Shown: positions 10,501 to 18,495, counted from the first letter of the stretch. The stretch is DNA of 64,000 bases from an uncultured Clostridia bacterium (GCA_944386385.1 CALXAV010000005.1:1914-65913), one strand, 5' to 3'. Made by a program: numbers and translations. The notes: a model not told the origin generated them from the sequence alone.

Positions 10501-11148
10501 ACACAGAAAAAAGTAAATAGTCTAAGAAAAGAACTAAAAGAGCTTGGAAGTGTTAATGTAGACGCAATAGAAGAATATAAAAACATGAAAGAAAGATATG
10601 ATTTTATGTGTGAACAAAGAGTTGACTTAGAAGATACAATGGCAAAATTAAGAAAAATAATTGCAGATATGACAACTACAATGAAAGAACAATTTAAGGA
10701 ACAATTTGAATTAATTAATAAAAACTTCCAAGAAGTATTTAGAGAATTATTTGGTGGAGGAAATGCTTCGTTAAAATTAGAAGATGAAGATAATATCTTA
10801 GAATGTGGAATTGAGATAAATGTTCAACCACCAGGAAAGAAATTACAAAATATGATGTTATTATCAGGAGGAGAAAAAGCATTTACAGCAATAGCATTAT
10901 TATTTGCAATACTTAAAATAAATCCAGCTCCATTCTGTGTACTAGATGAAATAGAAGCAGCGCTAGATGATGTTAATGTATATAGATTTGCAGATTACTT
11001 AAAGAAGTTTTCAGAAAATACACAGTTCTTAGTTATAACACATAGAAAAGGAACAATGGAAGCAGCAGACACAGTATATGGTGTAACAATGGAAGAAAAC
11101 GGAATATCAAAATTATTATCAATGAAATTAGCAGAAGTGAGACAGTAG
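7591..11148 (+). CDS. smc: Chromosome segregation protein SMC
   Basis: Walker A (GPNGSGKSN), long coiled coils, hinge (ITVEGDVINPSGAITGG), signature LSGGEK and Walker B (FCVLDEIEAALD). ATG at 7591 with AGGTGA upstream is preferred over GTG at 7582. Confidence 0.95.
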   Translation: MYLKRLELQGFKSFADKTVLEFMPGITAVIGPNGSGKSNISDAIRWILGEQSMKSLRGSKSLDIIFSGTQNRKSLGFAEGSLVFDNTDGSLPIEYTEVTITRKLYRSGETGYYINKVPCRLKDVLELFMDTGIGKDGYSIIGQGKIDEILSNKSEDRRNIFEEAAGIVKYRVRKQESEKKLERTKLNLLRINDILSEIESNIEPLKMSAEKARKYLNLREELKNIEIGLFIYNIEKYKESLEQIVKDEEIYKANSEEEEQKMERIKALKEELKSQIDEITTRIEEMSNMGFESQKEIEMLNSDISVAKTRIENNNENTRRYEKEIEEAKEKLNDLKEEMEQKKQKKDSLKENKEKFQKELDEKQEELRKITEKLSSKELEIEGYKTKVSENTDKKYELQGEVHTEEINFENFEKREVQIQNEIASNISELDSTRMQKEDIAKEFYEIDSKRNKIVKSLEEVNAKKEEADKKIKLYENNINAYQSEKRIKESRLKFLEETEREKEGYIKSVKSLLKDCENIKELGKGMHGVLANIIEVPEEYQTAIEMCLGASLQNIVTDTEEDAKKLVEHLRKNNLGRASFLPITSVRGKKLDRIKGKEPGVIGIASDLIKYSKKYEQIVTNLLGRTVIVNNMDTAIKLAKQNGYSFRIITVEGDVINPSGAITGGSVTKKTVNILGRGREIEKLQKEIKTLEEKIKKQEQEKKEYEDSIENIFEEASSWEKELQEIDITYATEKQKLVSIEENIEKIEKRISKLKEEKEKLKEEKEQAINIKETIQEEISKITEETEKLTSIIQEFAEINKDNQKYVDDLNFDITNLKISVSSFDESEASIEEIEERINAEVENTKQSIENKTRQIEEIKQDNITLNESIKDIEEKIDKIKEEVKNSGSKIEELKQDRINKNERLKKIEDEINDKFKVIEDLKAQIVKIDVKKTKIEDDINDIINKMWEEYELTPNNVKDCRKPENVVATQKKVNSLRKELKELGSVNVDAIEEYKNMKERYDFMCEQRVDLEDTMAKLRKIIADMTTTMKEQFKEQFELINKNFQEVFRELFGGGNASLKLEDEDNILECGIEINVQPPGKKLQNMMLLSGGEKAFTAIALLFAILKINPAPFCVLDEIEAALDDVNVYRFADYLKKFSENTQFLVITHRKGTMEAADTVYGVTMEENGISKLLSMKLAEVRQ

Positions 11149-11180
11149 GGACGGGCCTTAACTGTCTCATTTTTTATTTT
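11138..11180 (+). terminator. smc terminator; GGGACGGGCC-loop hairpin copy D
   Basis: 9-bp stem TGAGACAGT / ACTGTCTCA containing the TAG stop codon, loop AGGGACGGGCCTTA, then TTTTTTATTTT. Confidence 0.8.
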
Positions 11181-11836
11181 ATGAATTTAATAATTCCCAA
11201 AATTATAAGTAAGATACCAGAAACTATTGACCATATATTTGATGGTAGTTTGGAAAAATTATATAGTTTTTTACCTAAAAAATTTCCTATTCCTAAAAAG
11301 AATAATTGAAAAAATCCAATTAAGATAGGGAAAATATAAGTGTTAATTCCTATAACACTTCCACCAATTCCAACACATAAAGAATCTATAGAAAGCGCCA
11401 GACCAAGAAAAAGAGCCTCTTTACTATCTATTTTATTTGAATTATCAAAATCTGATGATACAGGATCCTTTATTATTTTTATTGTTATTCCTAAAAATTT
11501 TATGAAGAATGAATATGTTTTTTGATTATTATAGTTCTTTATTTTTTTCTCTTCAAACTTTTTGGCTTTTTTATCTTTTTTTAAGGCTTGAGAGCAAATA
11601 AATATTCCCATTAAAATAAATAAAAAACTACCTAAGTAATCTATTATAAAATTTGGAAATATAAGTTTTAGAATATTTCCTAAATATAAAGATATTAATG
11701 TAACTATAAAAGATATTAAGAAAATAACTAACTTTCCATTAAATGAAATTGCTGTATTTTTAATTCCATAAGTAATTCCAATGCCAAGAGAGTCTATACT
11801 ACTAGATATAGCTAAAAGAATTGTAGTAAATAACAT
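11174..11836 (-). CDS. DUF204 (MntP/YtaF-family) membrane protein
   Basis: Two repeats with (S/L)IDSL.(I/V)G motifs (AISSSIDSLGIGITYG; ALSIDSLCVGIGG), polytopic. RBS GGGGG. Confidence 0.65.
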   Translation of the reverse strand: MLFTTILLAISSSIDSLGIGITYGIKNTAISFNGKLVIFLISFIVTLISLYLGNILKLIFPNFIIDYLGSFLFILMGIFICSQALKKDKKAKKFEEKKIKNYNNQKTYSFFIKFLGITIKIIKDPVSSDFDNSNKIDSKEALFLGLALSIDSLCVGIGGSVIGINTYIFPILIGFFQLFFLGIGNFLGKKLYNFSKLPSNIWSIVSGILLIILGIIKFIK

Positions 11837-11891
11837 AATAATACCCCCTATAACATATTATGACAAAATTTTTAATATGTTAGGGGAAATT

Positions 11892-12113
11892 TTAGTTATC
11901 TAATTTTCTATTTGAAAAATCAGAAGTATCAAATAATTTTTCTACAGGTATTTCTAGAACCTTGCTAATTTTCCATAAGGTATATACACTTATTCCTTGT
12001 TCTATATGTTCACTTTCTAAGTTCCCTATTAATGCGGTAGAGACATTTGCTTTTTCTGCAAGTTCTGCTTGTGTTAATTTTCCTTTTTTTAGATTATATA
12101 ATTTTCTATAATT
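11892..12113 (-). pseudogene. 5'-truncated XRE-family HTH gene remnant
   Basis: The minus frame reads ...FINYRKLYNLKKGKLTQAELAEKANVSTALIGNLESEHIEQGISVYTLWKISKVLEIPVEKLFDTSDF...* (stop at 11892-11894). There is no start codon or RBS, and the frame runs head-on into the + ORF at 12115. Confidence 0.5.
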
Positions 12114-12114
12114 T

Positions 12115-12684
12115 ATGAATGATACAGCATTAAAAATTGCTCCTATAATACTTGAAACAATTACTAATATGCGAGGAGCCTTTAAAGGTTGTACTAGTTT
12201 AGAAAATGCACCAGCAATTCCTGGGAATGTAACTAATTTATTGGCAGCTTTTGAGAATTGTTCAAGTCTTTTAGAAGCTCCTGTTTTACCAGATAATGCT
12301 GAAAATATTAGTTGGGCATTTCATAATTGTACTAATTTAGAAACAGCACCTACTATACCTAATAAAGTAAAAAATATGCATGCGACATTTAATCAATGTT
12401 ATAATTTAGTAAATGGTTCAGATATTCCTGAAAGTGTTGAAGATATTACTTTTGTTTATTTCAGATGTTATAAGTTGAGTGGAAAAATAGAAGTAAATGC
12501 TAATGTTTCGGGAAAAAACGTTGATGACTATGATTATATAGATTATTATCAATGCTTCTATGATGCAGCAACTGATGAAAATGCAAATCTAACTGTAAAA
12601 TGTTCTGAAAATGTTTATAATTTATTTGCTGCTAATAGTTCATTAGTATATAGTTCTAATTCAAACATAAGTTTAAAACAATAA
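12115..12684 (+). pseudogene. BspA-type leucine-rich-repeat (LRR_5) protein fragment, probably 5'-truncated
   Basis: Repeats FKGCTSLENAPAIPGNVTNL / FENCSSLLEAPVLPDNAENI / FHNCTNLETAPTIPNKVKNM. No SD before the ATG and no signal or anchor sequence. Confidence 0.5.
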
Positions 12685-12688
12685 TTAT

Positions 12689-12717
12689 TTGACATATTTT
12701 AAGATAAATAGTATAAT
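12689..12717 (+). promoter_or_regulatory. Consensus sigma-A promoter (TTGACA-17-TATAAT)
   Basis: TTGACA at 12689-12694, a 17-nt spacer, TATAAT at 12712-12717. Confidence 0.7.
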
Positions 12718-12723
12718 TTGGTT

Positions 12724-12837
12724 AGTCATAAGGAATAATTATGATTCATAACAATAAAATAAAAAAGTAAGGCCGAAGTCTTACTTAGCATTTCTAGAAT
12801 TGGGGTCGCTTTGGGAAGGGATGACCTCAATTTTTTC
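12724..12837 (+). ncRNA. Candidate ~110-nt antisense sRNA (type I antitoxin candidate)
   Basis: Lies between the consensus promoter and an intrinsic terminator (AATTGGGGTC / GACCTCAATT with one G.U, then TTTTTT at 12798-12836). Its 3' ~70 nt are antisense to the predicted 3' UTR of the minus-strand peptide gene. Confidence 0.45.
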
Positions 12838-12851
12838 TTTGCCCATAATTA

Positions 12852-12944
12852 TTATGTATCTACAAAAGCTACAAATTCCGAACTAAAAGTCCGAAGACAA
12901 AGAATTATAAAGCCAATTCCTAAACATAGAAGAAAATTCCCCAT
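12852..12944 (-). CDS. 30-aa hydrophobic peptide, candidate type I toxin
   Basis: GGAGGTG SD lies 6 nt before the ATG (12944). Peptide MGNFLLCLGIGFIILCLRTFSSEFVAFVDT. The 5' UTR has CACUCACC, able to pair with the SD region. Minus-strand terminator AAGTAAG / CTTACTT plus T run at 12786-12757. Confidence 0.5.
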   Translation of the reverse strand: MGNFLLCLGIGFIILCLRTFSSEFVAFVDT

Positions 12945-13251
12945 GGCACTCACCTCCTACGAAGTATTTGCAACTATGCTGTCTTGGTGAGTGTTTCTAA
13001 AAATGATATACATATTATATAAAAGAATATATTTAATGTTAATATAAAGTTAAACAAAAAGGTTAAAAATAAAACTAAAAACAGAATAAGTAAAACAAAA
13101 ACTTATCTTTTATTTTTGTGAAAAAATTAGTAATAAAAACAGTATGTCCCACATAGATATTAAAAGAAACAAATGAAAATTAAGGATGTGTCCCAAATGC
13201 GAAATTTTTTGCGCAAAGGAAACGTCCCTAATGCGAACAAGGAGGAAAAAT

Positions 13252-15852
13252 ATGTGGGAAACATTAAGAAAAGAAGAAGTTTTAAGAAAACTTAAGACAA
13301 ATACGAGAAGTGGATTGAATGATGAAGAAGTGATATTTAGGCGAAATAAGTACGGAAAAAATAAGTTAGAAGATAAGCCTAAAGAAAGTTTATTAGTTAA
13401 GTTTTTAAAACAATTTAATGATTTTATGATTATCATTCTAATAATAGCATCTATTGTATCAGCTGCAGTTTCGTATTTTCAAGGAGAAAATGATTATATA
13501 GACTCGGTGATTATAATAGCAATTGTAATATTAAATGCAATTATGGGAGTTGTGCAGGAAGCAAAAGCTGAAAAGTCAATTGAAGCTTTAAAAGAGATGA
13601 CACCGCCCAGAGCAAAAGTTATAAGAGATGGAGTAACTAAAGAAATAAATGCTGAAGAATTAGTACCAGGAGATATTATAATTTTAGAGGCGGGAAATTA
13701 TGTACCGGCTGATTGTAGATTATTAGAGAGTCATAACTTGAAAATAGAAGAGTCAAGTCTAACAGGGGAGACAGAAGCTGTTTTAAAAAATGCAGATATG
13801 ATAGCTAGAAAAAATGTTGCTTTAGGTGATATGCTGAATATGGCATTTATGGCAAGTATAGTTGTAAATGGAAGCGGTAAAGCTGTAGTTACAGATACAG
13901 GAATGAATACTAATGTTGGTAAAATTGCAGGTATGATAATTGAAGATGAAACACCAGAAACACCTATACAAAAGAAACTAGGACAAGTAGGAAAAGTTTT
14001 AGGTCTTGTTTGTTTAGGAATTTGTGTATTAATATTTTTAATTGGAATGATAAAGAAAATAGATCCAATAGAAATGTTTATGACATCAGTAGGATTAGCA
14101 GTTGCCGCAATACCTGAAGGGCTACCAGCAATTGTTACAATTGTATTATCAATAGGCGTAACTAAGATGGCAAAGAACAATAGTATAATCAGAAAACTTC
14201 CTGCGGTTGAAACATTAGGAAGTAGCAAAGTAATTTGTTCAGACAAAACAGGAACTTTAACACAAAACAAAATGACAGTTGTAGAAATAAAATCAAATAA
14301 TGATAATTTGGCATTGGAACTTGCAAGTATGTGTACAGATTGTGATATTGTATATGAAAAAGGAAAAACAGAAGTAAAAGGCGAACCAACAGAAGTGGCA
14401 TTAGTGGAAGGAGCTTTAAAATATAATAAAAATAAAACAGAATTATATCATATGATGCCAAGAATAAATGAAATACCGTTTGACTCGAATAGAAAAATGA
14501 TGACTACAATACATAAATTAGATAAAGGATATAGAATAATTACAAAAGGAGCACCAGATGTTTTATTAAATAGATGTAATCTATCTATTGGAGAAAGAAA
14601 TAATATAGAGCGTCAAAATGAAATGATGGCTGAAAAAGCATTAAGAGTGATTGCAGTAGCATATAAGGATATTTCTGTTTTACCTCAAAAAATGGAGTCT
14701 AATTTTGTTGAAACAGGTTTAAAGTTTGTTGGGCTAATTGGAATGATTGACCCACCAAGAGAAGGCGTAAAAGAAGCGGTAGCTACTTGTAGGCGTGCTG
14801 GAATTAAGACAGTTATGATTACAGGGGACCATATAGTTACTGCGAAGGCTATAGCTAGAGAGTTGAATATTTTAGGCAAACATGATAAAGCAATAACAGG
14901 ACAAGAATTAGATAAAATACCACAGGATAAATTAGAAAAGGAAATAAAAGATTATTCAGTATTTGCAAGAGTAACACCTGAACATAAAGTAAGGATTGTT
15001 AAAGCTTGGCAAAGTACTGGTGCAGTTGTTGCTATGACAGGTGATGGTGTAAATGATAGTCCAGCACTTAAAAATGCAGATATTGGTATAGCTATGGGAA
15101 AAAACGGAACAGATGTTGCTAAAAGTGCATCTGATATGATACTTACAGATGATAATTTTGTAACAATTGTAAAGGCTGTAAAACAAGGAAGAAATATATA
15201 TGATAATATAAAGAAAGCAATACATTTCTTAATTGCAACAAATATAGGAGAGATAGTAACAATATTTATGGGATTAGTGCTTGGATTTAAATCTCCACTT
15301 CTTGCAATACAATTATTATGGGTTAATTTAGTAACAGATTCATTGCCAGCTATTGCAATAGGATTAGAGCCTCCGGAGAAAAATATAATGACAAGAGCCC
15401 CTGTTGATAGCAAGAAAGGTATTTTTGCAGATGGATTGTGGAATAAGATTATAGTAGAAGGTATAATGCTCGGAATGCTAACATTAATAGCGTTTAGTAT
15501 AGGAAATAAATATTATGGACTAGAAGTTGGAAGAACTATGGCATTTGTTTCCTTAGGAGTATTAGAACTTATACACAGTTTTAATATAAAAAGTGAAGAA
15601 TCTATCTTTAAAACAGGAATTTTCGAAAATAAATTTTTGATAGGAAGTTTTATATTAGGAGTGCTTATACAAACTATTGTAGTTATAGTACCAGCCTTTG
15701 CAAACATATTTAGTTTAGTTCCATTAACTAGTATGCAGTGGCTAATAGTAGCAATTATTTCAATCCTTCCAATACCTATTATGGAAGTACAAAAGAAGGT
15801 AAATGAAATAAAATTTGGAAAAGTAATTTATACAGAAAAACAAAAGATATGA
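13252..15852 (+). CDS. Ca2+-transporting P-type ATPase (P2A/P2B type)
   Basis: DKTGTLT, TGDHIVTA, MTGDGVNDSPAL and PEGLP motifs plus 10 TM-type architecture. ATG at 13252 follows AGGAGGA (the track ORF start at 13186 lacks an SD). Confidence 0.9.
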   Translation: MWETLRKEEVLRKLKTNTRSGLNDEEVIFRRNKYGKNKLEDKPKESLLVKFLKQFNDFMIIILIIASIVSAAVSYFQGENDYIDSVIIIAIVILNAIMGVVQEAKAEKSIEALKEMTPPRAKVIRDGVTKEINAEELVPGDIIILEAGNYVPADCRLLESHNLKIEESSLTGETEAVLKNADMIARKNVALGDMLNMAFMASIVVNGSGKAVVTDTGMNTNVGKIAGMIIEDETPETPIQKKLGQVGKVLGLVCLGICVLIFLIGMIKKIDPIEMFMTSVGLAVAAIPEGLPAIVTIVLSIGVTKMAKNNSIIRKLPAVETLGSSKVICSDKTGTLTQNKMTVVEIKSNNDNLALELASMCTDCDIVYEKGKTEVKGEPTEVALVEGALKYNKNKTELYHMMPRINEIPFDSNRKMMTTIHKLDKGYRIITKGAPDVLLNRCNLSIGERNNIERQNEMMAEKALRVIAVAYKDISVLPQKMESNFVETGLKFVGLIGMIDPPREGVKEAVATCRRAGIKTVMITGDHIVTAKAIARELNILGKHDKAITGQELDKIPQDKLEKEIKDYSVFARVTPEHKVRIVKAWQSTGAVVAMTGDGVNDSPALKNADIGIAMGKNGTDVAKSASDMILTDDNFVTIVKAVKQGRNIYDNIKKAIHFLIATNIGEIVTIFMGLVLGFKSPLLAIQLLWVNLVTDSLPAIAIGLEPPEKNIMTRAPVDSKKGIFADGLWNKIIVEGIMLGMLTLIAFSIGNKYYGLEVGRTMAFVSLGVLELIHSFNIKSEESIFKTGIFENKFLIGSFILGVLIQTIVVIVPAFANIFSLVPLTSMQWLIVAIISILPIPIMEVQKKVNEIKFGKVIYTEKQKI

Positions 15853-15856
15853 AATT

Positions 15857-15889
15857 GATGTTTTTTAGGACGGGGTCAAAAAACAACAT
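15857..15889 (+). repeat. GGACGGG-loop hairpin, copy B, 5 nt after the ATPase stop codon
   Basis: GATGTTTTTT-AGGACGGGGTC-AAAAAACAACAT. Confidence 0.8.
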
Positions 15890-16008
15890 TACGAAAGAGT
15901 TTCATAAACGAAAAAATTAAAAGTTATTATAAGAAGAAATAATAAAAAAGAACAAGAAGTTTTATTTTATAATAAAGCTTTTTGTTCTTTTTATATAAGT
16001 TTGATTTA

Positions 16009-17292
16009 TTATAAATTTTCATGATAAGCAACTGATTTTTGATAATTCTCTTTTACTTCATCACTTGATAATGCATGGTTATATAACCTTAATGTATATG
16101 CATTCATTTTACTATAATGCCACCAACCATCATAAGCCATAGAAGACCTTCCTATACAAAAAGTATTTAAATTTGCTAATTCGTTATTTATAAAATTATC
16201 CCATTGCTTTTTATTATATCTGCCTTCAAGAAATTTTTCTCCATTTAAATATATAGTTTGCTTATAGTATTCTCCTCCATTTTCTTTATAAATATTTGTT
16301 GTATCTAATGTAATTGTATAATATATTTCGTTTCCTAAGTTATAATTTATAGGATAGTTTATATTCCATGGAGCACCTTCTTGTGAAAAATCAGAAATAT
16401 TTCCTTGTGCTAATCCCATATTCCAATATAGAGATTTTTGATTTAATATTCCAAATCTACATTTTGCTTGCTGATTTTCATTCCCATTCCAATAACAAAA
16501 TATTCCGGTATAATCATTACCCGACAATTCTTTATAATTTATTATCTCTTTATTTTCATTATAAGAATTTCCTTTATCTATTGTTCCATAATATTCAAAT
16601 GTAAAACCATTTTGTGCTAATGTGTTCTTTTGCTCTTCACTATCATATTTTACTGTTATATAATCATCTATTCCATCAAAATTAAATTCCTTTGAAGTAA
16701 GGCCACTATCATTTGTCCAATTAAAGCCATTTAAAGTTGTATCTTTCCATAAAGTTTCGTAATTTCCACTTTTTAAATCTTCTATATTTGTTGTGTCTAT
16801 TATAGAAGGGTCTAAGTTAAATATCAAACCATCTGTAACTCCAATATTATCTCCATGTGTTAGATGAGTATAATTATCATCTATTTGTATTATTTCTCCA
16901 GTTTCGTAATTTACTAGCCATTCATTTTGTGTTGGCCCATAACTTTCGATATTAGTTCCTTTGCTTATATAATTCCAACCTGTTCCGTATGTTTTATTTT
17001 CATTATTATTTACAAATAAATCCCATATTGTACTGTTATCTGCGTTTTTATCATAAAGAGTAGTTCCTAATTTGTATTTTTCTTCATTAGCTAATTGGTA
17101 TTCGGGAACACTTAATTGAATAGCTTCTTTTTCACTTGCAAGCTCTGTTTTTTTCTTTGCATTTTGTGCTTGCGAAAGTATTCCATTATCTCCTGTTAGC
17201 ATTGTAATTGAAACTCCTGCCAATATTAGTAAAACAATAATGGTAATTACTAATGCAATTAGTGTGATTCCTTTTTCTTTTGAATATTTCAT
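16009..17292 (-). CDS. Prepilin-type N-terminal domain protein with C-terminal LamG/concanavalin-like domain
   Basis: N-terminus KGITLIALVITIIVLLILAGVSITMLTGDNGILSQAQNAKKK. C-terminus ...FCIGRSS...YTLRLYNHALSSDEVKENY resembles Laminin_G_3-type domains. RBS GGAGGA. Confidence 0.7.
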   Translation of the reverse strand: MKYSKEKGITLIALVITIIVLLILAGVSITMLTGDNGILSQAQNAKKKTELASEKEAIQLSVPEYQLANEEKYKLGTTLYDKNADNSTIWDLFVNNNENKTYGTGWNYISKGTNIESYGPTQNEWLVNYETGEIIQIDDNYTHLTHGDNIGVTDGLIFNLDPSIIDTTNIEDLKSGNYETLWKDTTLNGFNWTNDSGLTSKEFNFDGIDDYITVKYDSEEQKNTLAQNGFTFEYYGTIDKGNSYNENKEIINYKELSGNDYTGIFCYWNGNENQQAKCRFGILNQKSLYWNMGLAQGNISDFSQEGAPWNINYPINYNLGNEIYYTITLDTTNIYKENGGEYYKQTIYLNGEKFLEGRYNKKQWDNFINNELANLNTFCIGRSSMAYDGWWHYSKMNAYTLRLYNHALSSDEVKENYQKSVAYHENL

Positions 17293-17387
17293 TATTTATC
17301 CTCCCATACTATTAAGTGTTAACACTTACAAATATAACATAAAAAAATAATAAAATCAATATATAAAAATAAAATGGAGAGAATATT

Positions 17388-17654
17388 ATGTCTTTAATTG
17401 CAAAATTTAATAATAATATGAATGTTATAGGAAAAAGATTAAAAGAATATAGAACAAAGAAAAAGATATCTTATGAACAATTGGCTGGGAAATTAGAGCT
17501 AATGGGAATAAGTATACACAAGCAAAGTTTATATGATATTGAAAATAATAAAAGAACAGTAAAAGATTATGAATTATTTGGATTAGCATATGTACTAGGT
17601 ATAGATGTTAACGATTTACTAGAAGATATAAAATCAGAATTTGAAAAAAATTAG
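17388..17654 (+). CDS. XRE-family HTH regulator (88 aa), divergent from 16009-17292
   Basis: IGKRLKEYRTKKKISYEQLAGKLELMGISIHKQSLYDIENNKR. A 16-bp perfect palindrome TAAGTGTTAACACTTA (17313-17328) lies in the shared intergenic region. Confidence 0.8.
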   Translation: MSLIAKFNNNMNVIGKRLKEYRTKKKISYEQLAGKLELMGISIHKQSLYDIENNKRTVKDYELFGLAYVLGIDVNDLLEDIKSEFEKN

Positions 17655-17691
17655 TAAAAAAAGATATTTAAAAATTAATTTAAATATCTTT

Positions 17692-17880
17692 TTACTTCTT
17701 TATAAATTTTACAATTTCATCGTCTGGTATATCTAATGCTTTTACAATCTTTTTGAAGGTTGAAACTCTTGTGTGCTCTTCGTTTTGCTCTAGACGTTGT
17801 AAATGTCTTGAACTAATACCGATTTCTTCTGCAAGTTCTTCTTGTGATAGATTATGTCTTTTTCTATATTGTTTAATCAT
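17692..17880 (-). CDS. XRE-family HTH regulator (62 aa)
   Basis: IKQYRKRHNLSQEELAEEIGISSRHLQRLEQ. RBS GGAGGTAG. Confidence 0.8.
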   Translation of the reverse strand: MIKQYRKRHNLSQEELAEEIGISSRHLQRLEQNEEHTRVSTFKKIVKALDIPDDEIVKFIKK

Positions 17881-18044
17881 TTTCTACCTCCAATACAAGA
17901 TTTTAATCATTATATTATAGTTGTAGTTAAATTAGAACGACATTTTTGTCTTAGAGGCCTAGTTTTAGGAATTCATGGACAAATATAAATGTAATTCTAT
18001 AATTTTATTAAACAAAAAAGATTTTCAAAAAAGTACTAAAATAC

Positions 18045-18073
18045 TTGCAAAAACTTCAAAAATGTGGTAGAAT
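18045..18073 (+). promoter_or_regulatory. rpsF operon promoter (TTGCAA-17-TGgTAGAAT, extended -10)
   Basis: TTGCAA at 18045-18050, TG at 18065-18066, TAGAAT at 18068-18073. Confidence 0.55.
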
Positions 18074-18160
18074 AGCTATGCTTTGAGAATTAGCATGGCT
18101 ATTTTTCAAATCTCTACTTACAGTAAATGTAGGTTATAAATCCAAAGGGAGGTGAAAATA

Positions 18161-18445
18161 ATGAACAAATACGAAAGTATTATCATTGTTAATCCAAATG
18201 TAGATGAAGAAGGTTTAAAAGCTTTAGAGGAAAAATTTACAGGATTAATTAATGAAAATGGTAAAGTAGAATCAGTTGAAAATATGGGTAAGAAAAAATT
18301 AGCTTATGAAATCAAAAAGTTTAGTGAAGGAACTTACTTATTATTCAACTTTGAATCAAAGCCATCAGCAATAATTGAAATTGAAAGAATTTACAGAATT
18401 ACAGATGAAATTCTAAAACACATTGTTGTAAAAAAAGATGAATAA
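18161..18445 (+). CDS. rpsF: 30S ribosomal protein S6
   Basis: MNKYESIIIVNPNVDEEG...KLAYEIKK. RBS GGGAGGTG. rpsF-ssb-rpsR gene order. Confidence 0.93.
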   Translation: MNKYESIIIVNPNVDEEGLKALEEKFTGLINENGKVESVENMGKKKLAYEIKKFSEGTYLLFNFESKPSAIIEIERIYRITDEILKHIVVKKDE

Positions 18446-18495
18446 TCAAAAATAAAAATAAGGACCTATTATTAAAGTAGGAAAGGTGATAAAAA

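Noticed and set aside
7578-10586. Five antisense ORFs (96-194 aa) inside smc
   Set aside because: They lie opposite the K/E-rich coiled-coil coding sequence and translate to low-complexity S/F/L-rich strings. They have no RBS and are a compositional artefact.
13731-15707. Minus-strand ORFs (64-179 aa) inside the Ca2+-ATPase gene
   Set aside because: They are fully embedded antisense to a confidently identified P-type ATPase, with no SD and non-protein-like composition.
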